This document shows, in pieces, positions 24,231 through 38,290 of a stretch of 64,000 nucleotides of DNA. Origin of the DNA: Octopus bimaculoides (lineage: Eukaryota). A program made the position numbers and the translations under genes. The DNA lies in assembly GCF_001194135.2 (NCBI RefSeq), contig NC_068995.1:20220357-20284356 (forward strand). Reading direction: 5' to 3'. The notes beneath the pieces were generated by a model. That model saw only the letters and a program-made list of their open reading frames with translations. It made no database searches and had not been told where the DNA came from. Each line of letters begins with the position of its first letter. Positions within the stretch are counted from its first letter, which is position 1.

Positions 24231-24954
24231 CGCAAAAAAGCATGGAGGGTATATTGGTGCTTAATTCCATGTCAATCTAACCCTGTTTGCGCAGAATATT
24301 GATCAAATACCTAACAACGCAACGTGATAGTCACGGCTTTCCAACCACATTTACAGTGTTTTGTTGCTAGGGATAGTATACTAAGAATATAATATTCAAT
24401 GCGTATATGGACAGCTATTTCTTGCAGGTCAAAGGATCTCGTAACTGCTCACTGTATTGTTTTGTTGTTGTTTGCCCCTCTCTCTTCCAAGTTGATTGAG
24501 TAAATCCGACGATCAAAGGCGTGATCAAAATCCTATGATCAAATCCTATGATCAAAGTGTTTTTCTTTGGTGGGGGGTTACTATGAATAGAGAACACAGA
24601 CTTTTACTATCCTAAACAGCACTTTTTAAAAGACGGTTGATAGGAGAAAGATTTGGTTGCTATTTCTACAGATCGAATAACAACATCGAGTTTCCTAATA
24701 TGTGGTTGTTCTTGATGGATGGAACAATGGTAATAAGTGTGAGGAGCCCTACGATGAAAAGCATTCCTGCAAAGGCCACTTTTTACAGGATGGTTAGCAG
24801 AATGCGTAGGTATCTGGGAGCTAACCTACATTGGATTATTAAGTATCAGATATCGTTTTGAAGACAGTGAGGTGTGATATGGTTTTTATTTCTCGCAGGT
24901 CGAGCGACGACGTGAACGACATCTTGTTGGCCGAAGTATAATTATGATTGCGAC

Positions 24955-25013
<59 letters not shown>

Positions 25014-25499
25014 CAGCAGCAGCAGCAGCAGCAGTAGTAGTGGTGGTGGTGGTGGTGGTGGTAGTAGTANNNNNNNNNNNNNNNNNNNNNNNNNNNNNNN
25101 NNNNNNNNNNNNNNNNNNNNNNNNNNNNNNNNNNNNNNNNNNNNNNNNNNNNNNNNNNNNNNNNNNNNNNNNNNNNNNNNNNNNNNNNNNNNNNNNNNNN
25201 NNNNNNNNNNNNNNNNNNNNNNNNNNNNNNNNNNNNNNNNNNNNNNNNNNNNNNNNNNNNNNNNNNNNNNNNNNNNNNNNNNNNNNNNNNNNNNNNNNNN
25301 NNNNNNNNNNNNNNNNNNNNNNNNNNNNNNNNNNNNNNNNNNNNNNNNNNNNNNNNNNNNNNNNNNNNNNNNNNNNNNNNNNNNNNNNNNNNNNNNNNNN
25401 NNNNNNNNNNNCATGATGATGATGGAGATATCGCAAAGATTATGACTGAGATGAAGAGTGAGGAAAGGATGCCATTGATGTTATTGGTATAAGTAGGGC

Positions 25500-25935
25500 A
25501 GCTTTTTATTATTTTTTTTGTTGTAGATTTACTGCTGATTTCGATGTTCTTCTGTATATTCTAGAAGTTGTTGCAGTTGTTTTTGTTGTTATTTCACTTA
25601 CAACCATTGTTCTTTCTGCTGTTGATGTTTTTGCTCTTGTTGCTAGTGGCAGAGGTGGTGGTGGTTTTGGTGGTGGCGGCGGCGGTGGTGTAGTTGGTGG
25701 TGGCACACAGTTATCTGGATGCGGTGCTGATGACAGTAATGGCAAACCGTCATCTATACTGGAGAGGATGATGTGTGGTTTATATCTTGATGCTGGTGGT
25801 AAATAATAATTGTGGAAATGATGGTGCTGCTGGTGATGCTGCTCGTAACGGCAGCGGTGGAGGCTTTGGAATTGACGGTGGCGGTGGGTTTCGTCGTCGT
25901 GGTGGCAATAGTGTTTGAGGTGGCGATGGTTTGTA
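25500..25935. repeat. Degenerate triplet mosaic (GTT/GGT/GAT)
   Basis: Same class as 22843-23550; similar tracts at 33680-34110, 35270-35640 and 38760-39050. Confidence 0.8.
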
Positions 25936-26120
25936 ACTTTTACGTGTGTATTTTTTGGAGAGCAGTACATTCTGTCTGGTCATCACATGTTTATTGTTCC
26001 GGTTCACTATCTATGGATATTAACTCTACATACATACATACATACATACATACATACATACATACATACATACATACATACATACACACACACGTATATA
26101 TACATAAATGCATACATGCG

Positions 26121-26153
<33 letters not shown>

Positions 26154-26277
26154 NNNNNNNNNNNNNNNNNNNNNNNNNNNNNNNNNNNNNNNNNNNNNNN
26201 NNNNNNNNNNNNNNNNNNNNNNNNNNNNNNNNNNNNNNNNNNNNNNNNNNNNNNNNNNNNNNNNNNNNNNNNNNNNN

Positions 26278-26312
<35 letters not shown>

Positions 26313-28621
26313 ATATACATAATTACATACATTCACACATATATATACTTACAAACACACACACACACATATATGTATGTATGTATGTATGTATGCGCGT
26401 GTGGGGAATGTAATTTAAAGGATAGGTAAAACCAAGGTAATAGTCTGGCTAGCAAAGTATTCGTAAAGCAGTGTAAGGGTTAGAATTACTTATTAACTAA
26501 ACAGCGATTACTTATACATACATACATACATACATGCTTATATACATACTTATGTATATGTGCATGAATTTATATATATATATACATATATAGGGAGAAT
26601 TCACACAAAAAAGGCAAAAGGCGAAGACAGGTGGTGTAGACAACAAACAGATGTATTAGTATAANNNNNNNNNNAAATGTGTGTGTGTGCATACACGTAT
26701 AATATATGTATAACATATACATAGACATACGTTTTATATGTGCATTTGTATATATAAACAATCAATATATATACGCACATATTTATGTTTGTGTGTGTTT
26801 TTCTATTTCCGTACGCGGGCAAATATGCTTCTAACTTTGCATGTACGTGCGTATATATCTTTTTACGCTTGTGTATATGTATGTGTGTCTGTGTACTCTG
26901 TGTGTTTTTGTAAGTGGCCTTTTTTTCTTCCAAAAGCTAATTGAAAGTTTGCCTATGCATACAAGTGTATTGTGAGCAATTTTTTATACTAAACATTGGG
27001 AAAAAGCGTTCTGTGAAACGTGAAAGGATTGTTGAAATATAGAAGGTTGAGAGCCACAAGTTAATAGCAATAAATTTATATAAAGTGATGCAAATTGACT
27101 GAACTGAAAGCCACTCGAGAAATGTACATTGAAATAAGCATATACTATGTATATTATTAACCTACATAACACTGGATGTTATGTAAATTTATAATATGTA
27201 TATTAAGTCTGTTTAGACATTTTCATGTCACGAAAGCTTACGAACAGAAAGACACTAATGTTGGACGTGTAATACACCTGATACCCTCTTATGATTTATT
27301 ACAACTTTGTAATACTTTGCATCATAACTGACAGACTTGATATAGCGTCAGAGAATACGCCATATAGTATCTTGTTACGTTTATTTTTTGTAAACTATAA
27401 GTCTATAAATCGTCGTTTTGAAATTGCGTTTTTCATCCTCCCAGAGAGGAGATTATAAAAGAAATATAACTGAGAACTTATCAGACTTACGTAGACTAGA
27501 AATGGGTTACAGGTCTTTTTTTTTTTTCAATCACAATGATATCTCTGCATTCAGTCATGCGGGGGGGGGGGTTCAGTCACATTATGTAATCTATTTTTAC
27601 TTCTTATATCTATCAGGATGATCCCGAGATTGAACACCTGCCCTTCATTTTGGTTTTTGAACATCTAGCATTGAGATCAGGTCTGGATGAGGATTTGTTA
27701 TACGCTAACAGTTGGAAATTCAAATTTTAAAAGACCTCCAGAAATTTGTGAACATACAAGTTTTTCGTTTAAACTGAATTTCAAGTAATACAATATTGCT
27801 AGGGAATCGATGAATGCTTTATTACTATTCTCCCCTTTAGTTTGGGCCGCAAGCCTAATTAGCCGTCCAAGGGAGTTAGCCTTAAAGTCAGCACGGAGTA
27901 CATCTTTTAAGCTAGCATTTGATATTTTTGTATTTGAGACAGGGCTAATGGTGTTTTATGTACTTTATTTACTTTTACTAAAGTTTGAATTGAATTTATT
28001 GAAAACAATTTTAGTCGGCTTTGGGCGTCCCACAAACAAAAATAGAAAAAAATATTACGGACCACGGAAGGACAAAGGTTGCAGTTCTCTAATCGATTAC
28101 ACCCCCCCACACACACTCACACACATACATACATATACACCATATACGTGACCTTGTACCCATGTTATAAATCAATTTACCAATAGTTTGCTCAATGAAT
28201 AACCAAACCTCAGAGGTAATGGAAACTTGAAAAATAAATCCAAATCAGAGCTTTTAGTGAAAATCAGCATTACGATAGTGTTTTGTAATCAGCTATATTA
28301 CACTACAATGCGGCCCATCCACGATATTGTCTCCAGCTGACTTAATCAATCAGAATTCCACCTGTCTCCAACAAGTGCGATAAATCAATGCGTTTGTTGT
28401 ATCAGTAAAAAGGATTGGATTCTTCCCCCTTTGAGACGCCATATTTCATATATCTGTCCAGACGAAGTATTATTTTGTATTTAGGTCTGCTGGTAGAGAA
28501 TGTATAACCAATTCCATATATTACAAAGACACATGCAAGCATGCTCACATTCAACTACACACGCACAAACGCCCAGGCACTTATATAAGTAGAAACACCA
28601 CACACACATACATATGCATAA

Positions 28622-28688
<67 letters not shown>

Positions 28689-29486
28689 NNNNNNNNNNNN
28701 NNNNNNNNNNNNNNNNNNNNNNNNNNNNNNNNNNNNNNNNNNNNNNNNNNNNNNNNNNNNNNNNNNNNNNNNNNNNNNNNNNNNNNNNNNNNNNNNNNNN
28801 NNNNNNNNNNNNNNNNNNNNNNNNNNNNNNNNNNNNNNNNNNNNNNNNNNNNNNNNNNNNNNNNNNNNNNNNNNNNNNNNNNNNNNNNNNNNNNNNNNNN
28901 NNNNNNNNNNNNNNNNNNNNNNNNNNNNNNNNNNNNNNNNNNNNNNNNNNNNNNNNNNNNNNNNNNNNNNNNNNNNNNNNNNNNNNNNNNNNNNNNNNNN
29001 NNNNNNNNNNNNNNNNNNNNNNNNNNNNNNNNNNNNNNNNNNNNNNNNNNNNNNNNNNNNNNNNNNNNNNNNNNNNNNNNNNNNNNNNNNNNNNNNNNNN
29101 NNNNNNNNNNNNNNNNNNNNNNNNNNNNNNNNNNNNNNNNNNNNNNNNNNNNNNNNNNNNNNNNNNNNNNNNNNNNNNNNNNNNNNNNNNNNNNNNNNNN
29201 NNNNNNNNNNNNNNNNNNNNNNNNNNNNNGATAGGGAGAGAGAAGAGAGGAGGGAAAGCAATAAAAAGGTCGGAAGTTAACAAATATAGCAAAAAGAAGA
29301 AGTAAAAAAAAGACATATCCAACTTTCAATCGCTTTTGGCATTCATTGGGACTTGAGATATCGATCCCAGGTGAGTCGAAATGACAAGTAGTAGCCTCTC
29401 AATGGAATTTGAACTCAGAACAATGAAATGCCGAACCTAATTCCCAATTGACAGTGCCATTACCACCGCCATCATCATCATCATCA

Positions 29487-29525
<39 letters not shown>

Positions 29526-29854
29526 TATCATCATCATCATCACCATCATCATAATCATCATCACCTCGTCATCATCATCAACATCATCATCATCATCATC
29601 ATCATCATCGTCATACGATTATGAAGATTATCTACGTTGAAATGTGACGATATGACGGTGTCTGAGTCTATATGTGTATCTGTCTCTATTATTACCTGGT
29701 ATAGGGGTGTGAGTGAGTGTATGCGTGCGTGCGTGCGTGCGTGTGGGTGTGTGGGGGGTGCGCGTGCGTTTGCACGTTCACGTACTGAGTACACATGTGG
29801 CAAAGATCCTAAGATACGGAATATTGGTATTTCAATCGAGTGACGGCAAAATAA

Positions 29855-29955
<101 letters not shown>

Positions 29956-31513
29956 NNNNNNNNNNNNNNNNNNNNNNNNNNNNNNNNNNNNNNNNNNNNN
30001 NNNNNNNNNNNNNNNNNNNNNNNNNNNNNNNNNNNNNNNNNNNNNNNNNNNNNNNNNNNNNNNNNNNNNNNNNNNNNNNNNNNNNNNNNNNNNNNNNNNN
30101 NNNNNNNNNNNNNNNNNNNNNNNNNNNNNNNNNNNNNNNNNNNNNNNNNNNNNNNNNNNNNNNNNNNNNNNNNNNNNNNNNNNNNNNNNNNNNNNNNNNN
30201 NNNNNNNNNNNNNNNNNNNNNNNNNNNNNNNNNNNNNNNNNNNNNNNNNNNNNNNNNNNNNNNNNNNNNNNNNNNNNNNNNNNNNNNNNNNNNNNNNNNN
30301 NNNNNNNNNNNNNNNNNNNNNNNNNNNNNNNNNNNNNNNNNNNNNNNNNNNNNNNNNNNNNNNNNNNNNNNNNNNNNNNNNNNNNNNNNNNNNNNNNNNN
30401 NNNNNNNNNNNNNNNNNNNNNNNNNNNNNNNNNNNNNNNNNNNNNNNNNNNNNNNNNNNNNNNNNNNNNNNNNNNNNNNNNNNNNNNNNNNNNNNNNNNN
30501 NNNNNNNNNNNNNNNNNNNNNNNNNNNNNNNNNNNNNNNNNNNNNNNNNNNNNNNNNNNNNNNNNNNNNNNNNNNNNNNNNNNNNNNNNNNNNNNNNNNN
30601 NNNNNNNNNNNNNNNNNNNNNNNNNNNNNNNNNNNNNNNNNNNNNNNNNNNNNNNNNNNNNNNNNNNNNNNNNNNNNNNNNNNNNNNNNNNNNNNNNNNN
30701 NNNNNNNNNNNNNNNNNNNNNNNNNNNNNNNNNNNNNNNNNNNNNNNNNNNNNNNNNNNNNNNNNNNNNNNNNNNNNNNNNNNNNNNNTGTTTACACACG
30801 CACGCACACAAATATACATACATATATATATATAAATATATATATATAAGTTCAAAAAAACAATAACAAAAAAACAACAAAGTGAGGACGTGATACGGAT
30901 AGTATGCATGTATATATATATTCATATATTCATGTATATATATATATAGAGAGAGAGAGAGAGGGGGGTGTGAAAGAGAAATCGAGAGAGAGAGTGGGGT
31001 GAGAGAGGTGGTGAACTTATGGAGTCGAAAGCTTTGCAGCATTTGTTTGAATTCTTTCTTTCTGCGGCTATAAGTCAACTTCCCCTTTCATCTTTTCGGG
31101 GTCATTAACAAAGCCCCAATCCAAGGCGATGGATTAAGGGAACTGTTACAGTGCTGGACGAGATGCCTCGCGGTGATACTTCCGACCCTTTGCATCTTTA
31201 CAGAAACACCAGAGACGTCTCCCATTCTCAGCTGTATCGGCCCTAAGGCAATGTTCCTACTTTTGGATAAAATCGGTAGCGTAGAGAGCGGGACAGATGC
31301 ATATATTTGTGCGTGCATGCGTGTGTGTGCGTGTGTGTGTATGTGTGTGTATGTGTGCATGTGATGTACGTATGTGTGTGTGCATATACATATACACGTA
31401 CGCACACGCTCATATACGCTCACGCATGCATGATATATATCTATATCTATGTGTATATATATGTGTGTATATATATGCGTATATATATATGCATATACAT
31501 ACACGTATGTATG

Positions 31514-31553
<40 letters not shown>

Positions 31554-31799
31554 CATACACGTATATGTATATATATATATATACATATATATATATANNN
31601 NNNNNNNNNNNNNNNNNNNNNNNNNNNNNNNNNNNNNNNNNNNNNNNNNNNNNNNNNNNNNNNNNNNNNNNNNNNNNNNNNNNNNNNNNNNNNNNNNNNN
31701 NNNNNNNNNNNNNNNNNNNNNNNNNNNNNNNNNNNNNNNNNNNNNNNNNNNNNNNNNNNNNNNNTATATATATATATACACACACATATATATATATAT

Positions 31800-31845
<46 letters not shown>

Positions 31846-32906
31846 GCACATCATGCTCAAACGCGCATACAATGCATATGCATACGTACACGCGCATGCA
31901 CTCAAGCGCACACACATTCACACGTACATGTGTATAAAGGGAGGTAGAGAGGGGGAGAGACATAAAATGACAGGGTGGTGTCAATACATACACACCGATA
32001 TGTTTACCTCACAGCCCTTGTTTCGAAACGCCAATGGAACGCTTTACATTATCATCAGTACTTTGACCGGATATTATAGGGCAGTAGCCGAAAGCTGAAT
32101 CGAGACTAGATCCTTACAGAAATCTTTAACTTAGAGAGACAAAGCCAATAGGCACTGGAATTACAACCCAACGATGTCAAATCCCAAAAGCAACGGGATA
32201 AGGCTCATAAAGAAAAAGAAGAAACGCAACTGTGGGGATACCACTTCCCATTTTGCATCAAACACTGACAGGCATATTCAATCGGGCTTGAAGTGGAGCG
32301 TAATCCTTCCAGAAGACGTGGATGTAACATTACTCTATCTGAGAGTCCCCAAATTTTCTGAGTGGCGGAAACTACACTGCTCTTAAAGAACAAACTATAC
32401 ATCTCTTCCTAACTAAAAGGGCCAAAAACTGCATGATACTTGAAGCTGTTGTCAGAGCATAATACACGACGCCCCTATTGTTGTCGACTACCCTAGTTTC
32501 CCAGCAACGTTAGTGTCTCAAACCTATCTTCTTCCCGAAGGTTTATTAGAATTCGCCCCCTCAACAAGGAAAAACACATACACACATATTCAAAATGAGA
32601 GAAAGGCACAAGGGCGATACCAAGACAACTGTGAGTAGCCCACACGTTACTCGGAGTCAGCGAGAGACTAAATTGCACCTCTCTGCAAGTGAAAACTAAC
32701 TCAGTCCTCGATGTTCTAACTAGGCAAAACATGTAAGGTAATGGAAGAAGCGTTTGTGTCTGAGATAAATGCTGAAGACAGAGAAATGTATCCAGTGATA
32801 CAAGGGATTTGGTTGCCATCGTGGAAGAGCTTGCAACATATTTAAGTAGTTCCTTCAGTTTCTGCTTGGAGAGAAACCACCTTCGGCATTCATATATCGT
32901 ACTTGC

Positions 32907-32946
<40 letters not shown>

Positions 32947-33070
32947 GCACACACACACACATGCACACATAGATATACACGTTCTTATGTGTATGTGTGT
33001 ACATGAGATACGTATTTCTATACATTGATTCATTCAGGAAAGAGGGAGAGAGAGAGACAGACAGACAGAT

Positions 33071-33132
<62 letters not shown>

Positions 33133-33739
33133 TGACAAAGCGCGAAAGATTGACATGAATGACGAATGAAATATCGAGAAAAGGGTAAGAGCATGTGGGG
33201 TAGAGAATGATTAACATTTAGAGTAGGAAACACGAGAGAGACAGATATAAAGTGGTAGAGAGGTTGTAGGGAGACTGAGGGAAAGAGAAAGAAGGAATTA
33301 TGGAAGAGAGAAAAAGAGAGAGAAAGAAAGAAAGAAAAAAAGAAAGAAAGAAAGAAAGAAAGAGATTGAGAAAGAAAGCGAGAGAATGAGAGAAAGAGAG
33401 AGTAGTGCGATTGCTATTGTTTTAGCGGTGAGAGAGAAAGTGACAGACGGAGAGAAAAAAAGAGAGGAAATAAGCAGAAAGCAAGAAGCACAGAAAGTGA
33501 CAGAGACATAGTCAGAGACAAAGAACAAAGAGAGAGAGAGAGAGAGAGAGAGAGACACACACACAAAGAACAAAAAGAGAGACAGAGAGTGAGTGAGATG
33601 GTGGGGGGGGGGACGCACAAAAATTAGAAAGAGATAAAGACATTTATCAAAACCAGATCTCTTCAATTTTGTTGGTCTTTTAACAACGTGTAACCATAAT
33701 ATGTAGTGCTGTACTTACAACAACAACAACAATAACAGT

Positions 33740-33775
<36 letters not shown>

Positions 33776-34022
33776 AGTAGCAACAATGGTAGCATCAAAA
33801 ACAGTATCAACAACATCGAAATCAGCCGTGGGACAGCAATGCCAAAAAACATCGTCGGGATCATCATTTTCATCATTACCACCAGTCATCATCATCATCA
33901 CAACCACCACCACTATCATCATTATCCTCAAAAACAACAGCAACAACAACACCATCAAAAGACATCACCAGCAGCAACAGCAGCAGCGGTAACAGTAGCA
34001 GTAGTAGTAGTAGTACTAGTAG

Positions 34023-34093
<71 letters not shown>

Positions 34094-34111
34094 ACAAAAG
34101 CAACAACAGCA

Positions 34112-34475
34112 AATGTTCGCCAGCTGGCCAGTGGGAACCCAGTTGTTGTGAATGATGCTCTTCATGTCCAAAAAAGGGAAGCATCATGAGCTTTCCGGTC
34201 GATTGCGTTGCCTGGCCTCTTATTTCAGCCAAAAACAGATACTGTGCTCATACAAGTTAATCCATAAGCAAACTGGAGCATTTCAGAAGTCTCTATAGCG
34301 TTTTTGTCCAGCTGGGCTCAAACTTTATTGCATAGCAGACTTCCAAATTGTCTTCCCGTCCCGACTGCATTCTGCAAACTAGCCAGCTGTCACAAGTAGT
34401 GTTTACCAGGGTGTTTAGCAAAGTGCTGTTCAATCTAGAATAACAAAAGTTGGCAGGTCAGCTTATTAGGTATAC
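34112..34475 (-). mobile_element. Internally deleted mariner relic (different lineage from the 36250 copy)
   Basis: Minus strand MQSGREDNLEVCYAIKF(fs)LDKNAIETSEMLQFAYGLTCMSTVSVF (HTH N-terminus) joined to KLMMLPFF(fs)DMKSIIHNNWVPTGQ (catalytic-domain segment). Confidence 0.78.
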
Positions 34476-34713
34476 AGTAATGATATACTAAAATTGCGAT
34501 AATGTAGGGTAGTTATTACTACTACTAGTAAAACTTTATGGCAAGTGTTATGCCTTATTCTTAAAACAACTTAAATCGTACTAAAATATTGCCAATATAC
34601 TGGTCTAAAAAAAAACCCATTAAACTATATTTTTCTATATCTGACACGCCTCGATACGTTTTGTGGTACACTAATGTGCCGCGTGGCACCGTTTCAAAAG
34701 CACTGCAATAGAT

Positions 34714-34927
34714 ATTAGTCTCAAACTTTGGCAAAAAATTAGCAATTTCGGGGGTGGGATAGGGGGGATTAGATCGACCCCAGTGTTCAACTTTTACTTA
34801 TTTTATGGACCCTGAAAGGATGAAACGCAAAGCTGGCCTCGGCAGCATTTGAACTGAGAACGTAAAGCCGGACGAAATGCCGCTAAGCATTTTATCCGGT
34901 GTGCTAAAGATTCTGCCTGTTCACTCA
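34714..34927 (-). mobile_element. SINE family A, full length (A1)
   Basis: TAGATCGACCCCAGTGTTCAAC..GGATGAAACGCAAAG..TTTGAACTGAGAACGTAAAGCCGGACGAAATGCCGCTAAGCATTTT. Confidence 0.9.
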
Positions 34928-36249
34928 GATATTGAACACGGTGAAGTTGGAGTCATTGAAATTTGATCTCGGTATCCATATGCTGAAGTCAAGAAGAACT
35001 GGACACACCAGACACATCTCCTGCCAGCACATCACCCACCCACACATTCGGAAACGACAGCCGCAATTATGGCATCGATGAAAATACAGCAGATCAAAAG
35101 ATATCTGAAAGTTACGTTGAAGAAAACTGCTGTATTGATTGTGATATCGTGTTTAATAACAAACAGCAGCAACTACAAGGGACGACGAAAGGAGAAAGAG
35201 GGTGGGGCAGCAAGAGAACAAAAACAAACAAAAATAGGTTGACAATGGCAATGACTTAGTGGTCATCGAGGTTATTGCGGAGGCGACAGTGATGGTGGTG
35301 TGGCCGTCGGGACAATAGTGATGATGATGGTAATGATGGTGGTGGTGGTGGTGGTGGCGAGACAGCGGTGGTAGTAGCGACGGCATCGGTGGTGGTGGTG
35401 GTGGTGGTGGTGGTAATGTTATTAGTAGCAAATGGCAATTTAGTGGTGACACTGATAGTTCTAACGATATTATCTGATTGTGATGGTAGCGGTGACGGTT
35501 ACGATAGACGTGATGATGTCAGTATTCACGGTGATTGTGCTGGTGTTAGCAGCGGTTTGGTGGTAGTTGTAATATTTGTGATATCGGTGACAGGATTACT
35601 TGTGATGTTTGATGGTGAGATTGTTGTGCTGATGAGAGAGTAAGACAACGGTACAGAAAATGATGCAGTTGCAATCAATTTCTTGCAGTTTATCCCCACA
35701 CAAGTCCTAATTCTGTAGACCTTTCATCAAAATAATTGTAACTAGGGTAGCCATAGGGACTTTTACTATCCTACTTCTATTCATGAGTATACTGACAATA
35801 AGAAACTGATACTGTAGTCTGTCTTAAATTTACTCCAGTACACTTCTGGGGGTTACTTTCCCAAATCTCAAACGCCAAGTGGCACAAAAGGGATTGAAAT
35901 TCCCGAAATGGAGGAACGACACTTAACCGTAGACTACATTACACTAAACTGCTTCACAGTAACATTCACAGACACTAAAATACTTCATACTGACACAGAC
36001 ACCAGCTAATATTAAACAGACATTCACATAAGTTAAACTAAATAACACTAACACTCGCAGATACTGAAATTTATTACACTAAGATTCGTAGATACTGAAC
36101 TTTATTACACTAACTCTTGCAGATACTAAACTTCAATACATTAACCCTCGCGGATGTTATCTCATATTATACTAAAACTCGCAGATACAAAAAACTTTAT
36201 TACACTAACACTCACATGCATTATACGCAAATACACACACATTTATCTA

Positions 36250-37520
36250 TTAGGTTGTTCCGAAACTAATGGCCGATTTCAGAAACATAATTTTACTCTG
36301 GAAAAATTAACAAAAGAAATGTTTTGATTAGTCAAATTATGAGCCGTGAACATCTATGCATCTCTGCCATCAGTCAACGAGTTTATTTATGCATCGTTGC
36401 TAAAAACATATTGGCTTTGATGCTAAGAAATCTTTGAAAGCTGATTCCACCTCTGCCTTTGGACCTGAAAGTTTTGTCACTTATAAACGTGTTTAAATGC
36501 ATTAAAAAAATGATAGTCAGAGGGTGAAAGATCAGAAGAATATGGAGGATGTGGTAAAGTCTCGTATCCCAAGTCTGTGAGTTTCTGCAGCGTCATTCTT
36601 GCAATATGTGGCTTTGCATTATCGTGGGGCAGAATTGGTCCACGCCGATTCACCAATGCAAGTCTCATTTCTTGCAAGTGAACATGCATTTCAGCGAGTT
36701 GATTGCAGTAAACCTCTGTTGTAATGCTCTGTTTGGCTTCCAGAAAGCCGTAATAGAGAATACCAATTGCAGGCCATCAGATAGTCACCATAGTCTTTGA
36801 CTGATGCGACTTTGGATTTGGAAAATGTTTGTGGGACTCATCACGACCAAACCGTTGACTTGATTGTTTACGGTTACCGTAAAGAATCCACTTTTCGTCA
36901 CAAGTGACTATTCGGTCAAGAAAAGGATCATTGGTGTTTCGCAGAAAGAGCATCGAGAACACTTCAAAACGCCGAACTTTTTGCTTTTCATTGAGCTCAT
37001 GCGGTATCTATTTATCGAGCTTTTTCACCTGACCAATTATCTGCAGATTGCGTGAGACCGTTGCAATACCAACACCAAGTACCTGAAACATTTCTCTGAC
37101 ACTTTGACGTGGGTTTTGTTCAACAATTACTTTCAACTGTTCATTGTCAACATTACATGACTGCCCTCTACCATCTTCATCTTCAAGGCTCCCATCACCA
37201 CTACGGAATTTCTAAAACCACCTTCGTACTGTGAGATCACTTGTGGACCACTCTCCCCATGCTCTGTTAATATTGGCAGCAATTTGGGAGGCATGTGCCC
37301 AAGCTTCAACTCATGCAAGAAAAGTAAGCGAAGGTCCTTTTTTTTTTATCATGTTCATAATTAAGAGTGCCTATACTTCAAGATTATTTTCTGTCTGAAA
37401 TAAGTAGAAAATTATTAAAGAGCATACATCAATTCACCTAAAATATTATTAAAATACTATGATAAAATTGCGTTTCAAAACACCACACTTAGAGTGGCCA
37501 TTATTTTCAGCACAACCTAA
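36250..37520 (-). mobile_element. Full-length mariner transposon (cecropia/Hsmar1-like), inactive
   Basis: Imperfect TIRs TTAGGTTGTTCCGAAACTAATGGCC and (rc) TTAGGTTGTGCTGAAAATAATGGCC; TA on both sides (36248-49, 37521-22); 1271 bp. Confidence 0.95.
36328..37358 (-). pseudogene. Mariner D,D34D transposase pseudogene (frameshifts and stops)
   Basis: Pieces FLDRIVTCDEKWILYGN, LVNRRGPILPHDNAKPH, YETLPHPPYSSDLSPSDYHFF, CIDVHGS*FD* split over several frames. Confidence 0.95.
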
Positions 37521-38255
37521 TACATTACACTAATATTCTCAGATACTAAACTATATTGCACGAAAATAGACGGGTACTAAATTACATTACACTAACGCAA
37601 ATACTAACATTCACAAAACGCTACACTACATTGTACAAACATTTAAACTCATGAAAATATATTGCAGTAACACTGAGCGACATTAATGTTCTTAACAGTA
37701 ACACTCGCAGACACTAAAAGTACATTACACTATCCTTCACAGATATTAAACTACATTACACAAACATTCATCAATACTAAATTAGATAATACACACAATT
37801 ACTTTACACAAATGCTTGCAGACCCTAGACTATACTATAATAGAACCTCAAAATCGCCCAAACAATTCATCTATTTTTATACTAAAAACACGTTTTGCAA
37901 CAATGACTGTCGTTTAATCTGTCACTTGGTCTCACCATCTGGCCCTTCATTGCTTTTAAGAAAGAATCCGTTTATTTGCAGGCATGCATGCCAGGTTGCT
38001 GTTGTGAATATAGTTTACACCCCTCCATTCACCAACATCGTAGGGCCTGGAAAGAGTCAAGGGAGCTGCCCTTCCCTCCATGACTAATCTATAAAAAGAA
38101 GCACTGCATGTAGCAAGCATTGACAGTCACTAAAGTACTTTAGATAGGCGTTGAAACAGGTCATCTCTCTTTGTTACATCTTAAAAAACAAACCATTCAC
38201 GACAATAATAAGAATTAGTGGACAGCAACAGCTGTGACAGTAGCTCCAGAAATGA

Positions 38256-38290
<35 letters not shown>

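Larger units (their letters stand above)
35935..37850. repeat. 31-bp minisatellite (ACTCGCAGATACTAAACTTTATTACACTAAC-like) split by the mariner
   Basis: Consecutive 31-nt units at about 36050-36210; more diverged units resume at 37523-37850. Confidence 0.8.

Noticed and set aside
24700-24800. Minus-strand hydrophobic frame VAFAGMLFIVGLLTLITIVPS
   Set aside because: Short, stop-bounded, no credible splice sites or homology
31190-31290. Good-looking acceptor TTTGCATCTTTACAG with open frames
   Set aside because: No convincing donor and no recognisable peptide
32000-32880. Unique-looking, more GC-rich block with TYLLP- and IAPL-like RT hints
   Set aside because: Motifs too weak and out of spacing to call a LINE by eye; needs a profile search
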